Part shown: in pieces, positions 28,601 through 32,000 of the stretch
Layout of the letters: each line of letters begins with the position of its first letter
How positions within the stretch are numbered: the first letter of the stretch is position 1
Origin: an uncultured archaeon
GTDB lineage: Archaea; Iainarchaeota; Iainarchaeia; Iainarchaeales; JAAZKV01
Length of the DNA stretch: 32,000 bases
Direction of reading: 5' to 3'
Assembly (NCBI GenBank): GCA_964551375.1
Contig: CAZKBG010000002.1
Coordinates: 45,558 to 77,557, forward strand
Translations under genes and position numbers: made by a program
The notes under the pieces: generated by a model
The model's input: the letters and a program-made list of their open reading frames with translations, nothing else
What the model was told of the DNA's origin: nothing
The model's database searches: none

Positions 28601-31600
28601 AAAACTATTTGAAGCAACTACAAACAAGCTTGGAGTAGCAACAATACAAATACCAGCATCACTTCCAGGCGAAAGATTAGTTCTTTCAATTGAAAAATCA
28701 GAATACGAAACAGTGAGAAAAGATATTGTAATTGCAGAAGATGTAGTAAGCGTAGACCCAACTTCACTAAACTTCACAGTTAACCCGCAGTCAAAACTAA
28801 CAGATATGAAAACAGTGAAAATCACAAACGAAACAGCAATTGACCTTTATATAAAAAGCATAACACTAACAGGAAAACTAAAGGGAGTTCTTGACGAAGC
28901 CTCAATTTCAGCATGGTTTGAGAACTTTAAAGGAAAGAAAATAAAATCACAAGACTATGAAGAAGTAGTATTCAAAGTAGCAAGCGCAGCAGTAGTTCCA
29001 ACAGCAGAAGACCTTGAAGGAACATTTAACATTACACTAATATCACAGGGAAAAGAATGGGTAAAAGAAATCCCTGCAAAAATCAGAGTAGGACTTGGAA
29101 AAGATGTTGACAACCAATCATGCCTTGAAGTAACAAAAACAATGTGGGACACAACAACAAGAGGAGCGCAGGTTGAAGCATCATTTGAACTAAGAAACAA
29201 CTGCACAGTAAACGGAGCGCCAGTAATTTTGAAAAACATCGGCGCAACAGTATCACAATCAACAACAGTAACAGGCACATTTAATGCGCAGTCAAAGAAC
29301 ATACAAGTAGAACTTGGAAGCGCATTTGCAAGAATATTTAAAACATCAATGGACAAGGGGGAGAAAGTTCCAGTAACAATAAAATTCACCCCAATGCCAG
29401 GCTCAGCAGGAATAGCAACAGGCTCAATAATATTTGAAGCGCTGAATAATACTGACTCAAAAGCGCAGAAACTAACTGCTGAAATGAAATACAATATAAT
29501 TTACGAAAACTTGCAGGACTGCGTAGTGCTTGGAGCAGACGAATTAACAATTGAAGAAGAAGGAAGCGGAACATTTACAGTAAACAATAACTGCAAATCA
29601 AAAGTAGATGTTATACTAAGACCACAAGACTTGCAGGGCTCAATAAATAACACTGACTTTAAATTAAACGCAGGAGAAAACAAAGAAGTAACTGTAAAAT
29701 CATACAAAGGGCAAATAGCAGGAGCATACAATGTAGTTCTTGAAGCAAGAAGCACAGGAGCATCACTTGAACCGGTTGCAAATATTAAAGTAATAATAGA
29801 GCCAAAATCAAGCTGCTTTAAACTTACAAGATACGTTTATGATATATTTGACTACGAAGACAGCGTAAATCCATTTGACGGAATAGACAGAGGATACTTA
29901 ATCAACAACTGCGTTACAAAGAATGTAACAGCAAAAGTAACAGGAACTATTCCTTACGACTCATCAGCAATCCTAAAAACAATGCTATGGGGCGGACTAG
30001 TAGGCGGAGTAACAGCATACTTTAAGACAGGAAAATTTTGGCCAGATTCATGGTTCAACAAAAAGGACCCAAAAGTATCCTCAAATATACAAACAGGATA
30101 CACTGATGTAGCGCACGCTCAAAGATCTGAACTTACAAGAGTAAGCACAGAAATGCAAACAGCAAAAGAAACAAATTACGGACAAATAGACGCTAAACTA
30201 AAGGCGCTTAAGAAACAAGCCGATGACACTAATGCAAAAGTAGTGAATAGATATAACTTAAATCGCGCAGAATGCGAAAAAATCTCAGCTAACCCTGCTG
30301 ATGCTTCAAGAATTGCATGCTTAACAAAAGCAACTTCAATAAAAGCAGACGCTCAAGCAATAATTACAAAACAATACGCTGCCGCTGAAACTGATATTAA
30401 TGCGTTAAGAGAAAAATTAAAGAAAGCTGAAGCAGAGTTCTCAACTCAATTAAAAGCTTCAGGCGAAAAGATGGATTCATACACAGAACAGCAGAGATCA
30501 AACGCTTCATTCCAAGTAGGACAAGGAACTATAAACAATGAGAAAGCAAACAGAGAAATGGACGCAACTCTAAGAGCAAATATTTCAAACTTAAGAAACG
30601 AAATGAACGCAAAGATTGACGCATGGAATGGATACAGAAGCGACTTCATGAACACACTTTACAAGAAATATGAAAAACTTGACTTAAGCGATGTAGAGAA
30701 ACAGAAGAATAACAAAATAACAGCTGATGCGGCTAAACCTGAAAAGTACTCATTAACAACTGCAGCGCTTGACGCAGTAACAGTTGACAAAGTAGAAGAG
30801 AAAGAGTTCTCAACAGCTCCAGCAATTACTGCTATTGACACAACAAAATCAGGACCAAGCCAGATAGCATCAAATGGACTTGCATCAACTAATGCTACAA
30901 CTGTAACTGCGACTGATGTAATAACATCATCAGATGGATATACTTTGATTAAAGATGATGGAACAAATCCAAGCGCGGCTCCAGCTGATTATCAGCCTAT
31001 GAACAGTTTGACAAGCAATATTGGAAGATATTACAGAAATCCTGAAAGTTTAATAGTCCGCCCAACTGGTAATGATTCTTACACAGTAACAAGAAATGAC
31101 GGGCAGTTAATTGGGACTTGGAGTTATAATAATTCAGTTTGGACTGAAACAATTGATTCAAGCACAAATTACTATGATAGTTCATTTAATCACTTAAAGA
31201 AAAATGCTAAAGTTGACGGCTTTTTCCTGCTTGCAACAAGCGGAACAGGAGCTTCAACAGGAAGCACTTCATCTTCTGGCTCAAACTCAAACCAGTCAAG
31301 CGGAATGAACGCAATATTAAACGGAGTAATTGGATACGGAGCAGGCTCGGTAATGCCTAACGGACTTGGCGGAGCACTTGCAGGCGCATTAACTACTGGA
31401 TTTATGCAGTGGATGCAGGCGCAAGACACTACAGTAAATTACAAAGACACTTTCGAAATGAACTGGATTGAATTTGTAAGTGCAACACTGGACAGCCCAA
31501 GCGGAGTAAAAATGGATGTGGGCGAAGCAATGTATGATTATGAAACTTACTACGGAACAACAGTAACTGGAAGCACAGTTTCAGAAACTACAAACGCAAC

Positions 31601-32000
31601 ATACTCAGGAAACATAAAATACAACGCAGAAGCATTGAATGCTACAGTTGGAACAGTGGAAGAAAGAGAATTGACATTCACAAACAGCGGAAAACTAATC
31701 CAGGAAAAGAAATGGACTCCGTTTGTAGGATTAATGACAGTAAAAGGACAAGAAAAAATATATGATACTACTTACAAATATGATGAGATTAAGGAAAAAG
31801 CAATAGAAAGAGGAGACTACGAAGAAGAAGACGGGTTCTTTGACAACTTCTTCTCAGGACCAAACAATGTAGGCGAAATAGCGCAAATAGCCGACTCTGA
31901 TATTGATGTTAACTCGGTAAGATCATACGAAAAGAAATTCCACTTGCTGTTTGAAGCATGGCAGTACGTTGATTGCGGACCAAGAACATACGCTTGCCCA
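25644..32000 (+). CDS. Giant surface protein C (>=2119 codons, 3' truncated by window end), paralog of A and B
   Basis: Read directly; absent from the ORF track. MGIGESLKGIYYSGEEKWYAFWDKVDAHIPVYKVIDPIDSVIPTFALFLIIIFLILLFAGYALLGG... in one frame to ...FEAWQYVDCGPRTYACP at base 32000. No in-frame stop seen. Confidence 0.92.
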   Translation, partial: MGIGESLKGIYYSGEEKWYAFWDKVDAHIPVYKVIDPIDSVIPTFALFLIIIFLILLFAGYALLGGIAPATATLKLSVVDSDGMGVSGATVTVEGVDGEFYSNDFGLIEDLIVPFNSTLEVNAEKGESKTTIPITIDEFEKIAEVVLPVERISFEQKTIRFQSEDGALIQSELRLHYTCSSGVAAPEDVTIYTGSANLAQPANCGTLEVEVTSSKYERARFSVSGPSGVFTLKLLAPVEKGRATVNLKYESRLITEQVTVQAFRADNAFLPVNSATSVNGQVQFELPLGDYKFKSLMQSGYKQKESSVVSITKANSNPVIDLDLQKEIIGVIVVQAKENGAALSGVHMSLTKKLLTRQEPVIDRDTNEGGYVQFEIAEDANYTVTATKDNYCEVSVAVSIGDSRVISMKQNDSTCGYKLIARVIDQDNKPVAHAKAAIFIETAEDIYKMPRAEQVTGYNGDANWNPVRKTNSDEKFKVFAYKASYSGWSEARVFDSLSSSTPFVVKLEIPMGTVKVIAKDRDANPLQFAEVQLFDEYDGTAVSGRKLIENADGSIEFNLKADKRVYAVVKKEGYESYTTLPTMMVAGGTITFDVELFKPPVQEIFVRSLGFFKNGTPVLKVEPSQEYDALFELTAPSTKTYSELGFFVRMGADNMTKTELDKIFIKDVMASGVKSIVTGATYNKPMGYYNTDSKYTNLEESKWAEIKWPMNGYVPGKIIVGVKVKIRPTAQAEERLELGYRAWGKTTSGVYERDLIDDELGTSQSSTTKQELYASTKPDYITVGMETLCDTPESGKSFCITATYTDPDGFTKSFNDSFDTKNNTPYNVSIKIMNNSTVGFDDAKIMVENPEENLYMGTMTAVTPRFSPSEINVNGYATDWIDMPRYVKNSSIEIQSMQLTPQKTGTGTLLVKIREGASMIYEKAFTVNIASDKKLTVRFMKGGVFGDEMPKLVSGKTELLTVKALNTVSGLEVQDAVVKLFDRFGTKLFEATTNKLGVATIQIPASLPGERLVLSIEKSEYETVRKDIVIAEDVVSVDPTSLNFTVNPQSKLTDMKTVKITNETAIDLYIKSITLTGKLKGVLDEASISAWFENFKGKKIKSQDYEEVVFKVASAAVVPTAEDLEGTFNITLISQGKEWVKEIPAKIRVGLGKDVDNQSCLEVTKTMWDTTTRGAQVEASFELRNNCTVNGAPVILKNIGATVSQSTTVTGTFNAQSKNIQVELGSAFARIFKTSMDKGEKVPVTIKFTPMPGSAGIATGSIIFEALNNTDSKAQKLTAEMKYNIIYENLQDCVVLGADELTIEEEGSGTFTVNNNCKSKVDVILRPQDLQGSINNTDFKLNAGENKEVTVKSYKGQIAGAYNVVLEARSTGASLEPVANIKVIIEPKSSCFKLTRYVYDIFDYEDSVNPFDGIDRGYLINNCVTKNVTAKVTGTIPYDSSAILKTMLWGGLVGGVTAYFKTGKFWPDSWFNKKDPKVSSNIQTGYTDVAHAQRSELTRVSTEMQTAKETNYGQIDAKLKALKKQADDTNAKVVNRYNLNRAECEKISANPADASRIACLTKATSIKADAQAIITKQYAAAETDINALREKLKKAEAEFSTQLKASGEKMDSYTEQQRSNASFQVGQGTINNEKANREMDATLRANISNLRNEMNAKIDAWNGYRSDFMNTLYKKYEKLDLSDVEKQKNNKITADAAKPEKYSLTTAALDAVTVDKVEEKEFSTAPAITAIDTTKSGPSQIASNGLASTNATTVTATDVITSSDGYTLIKDDGTNPSAAPADYQPMNSLTSNIGRYYRNPESLIVRPTGNDSYTVTRNDGQLIGTWSYNNSVWTETIDSSTNYYDSSFNHLKKNAKVDGFFLLATSGTGASTGSTSSSGSNSNQSSGMNAILNGVIGYGAGSVMPNGLGGALAGALTTGFMQWMQAQDTTVNYKDTFEMNWIEFVSATLDSPSGVKMDVGEAMYDYETYYGTTVTGSTVSETTNATYSGNIKYNAEALNATVGTVEERELTFTNSGKLIQEKKWTPFVGLMTVKGQEKIYDTTYKYDEIKEKAIERGDYEEEDGFFDNFFSGPNNVGEIAQIADSDIDVNSVRSYEKKFHLLFEAWQYVDCGPRTYACP
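27445..28010 (+). other. Domain pair conserved in giants A/B/C (copy in C)
   Basis: QEIFVRSLGFFKNGTPVLKVEPSQEYDALFELTAPSTKTYSELGFFVRMG... then KWAEIKWPMNGYVPGKIIVGVKVKIRPTAQAEERLELGYRAWGK. Confidence 0.7.

Noticed and set aside
25244-31429. Minus-strand ORFs such as 28403..28825 and 28955..29494
   Set aside because: They lie antisense to the continuous frame of giant C, which is homologous to A and B, so they are judged spurious.
6007-31999. Possible polyketide/NRPS-like or other giant enzymatic gene cluster
   Set aside because: No catalytic motifs or carrier-protein signatures were seen. Composition is beta-rich repeats with N-glycosylation sequons and an N-terminal membrane anchor.
1-32000. 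Mobile element, prophage or tRNA-anchored island
   Set aside because: No integrase, transposase, tRNA, terminal repeats or phage structural gene motifs were recognised in the read-through.

Overview
The window looks like a chromosomal segment from an AT-rich archaeon, possibly DPANN-like (lineage is inferred, not demonstrated). It starts with the 3' end of an archaeal CPSF-type beta-CASP/MBL ribonuclease gene. Next come three tandem collagen-like (G-X-Y) secreted or anchored proteins. A type II/IV secretion-family (pilus/archaellum type) ATPase lies on the minus strand, divergent from a compact archaeosortase/exosortase-family protein. The remaining ~26 kb is co-oriented and holds very large membrane-anchored surface proteins (2958 aa, ~2523 aa and >=2119 aa, the last running off the window). 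Between them are a pilin-like 490-aa protein and a 356-aa multi-TM protein that carries the same type of repeat domain. The three giants are paralogs: they share an N-terminal juxtamembrane/TM anchor, a tandem domain pair with a 'W-(30 aa)-RxW' signature, and repeated 'C...(N)NC' beta-rich modules. The best candidate for an undescribed system is this giant-protein cluster together with its possible sorting/assembly partners. The largest C-terminal CDS is absent from the supplied ORF track because it is open at the window end. No tRNA, rRNA, CRISPR or transposase was recognised.
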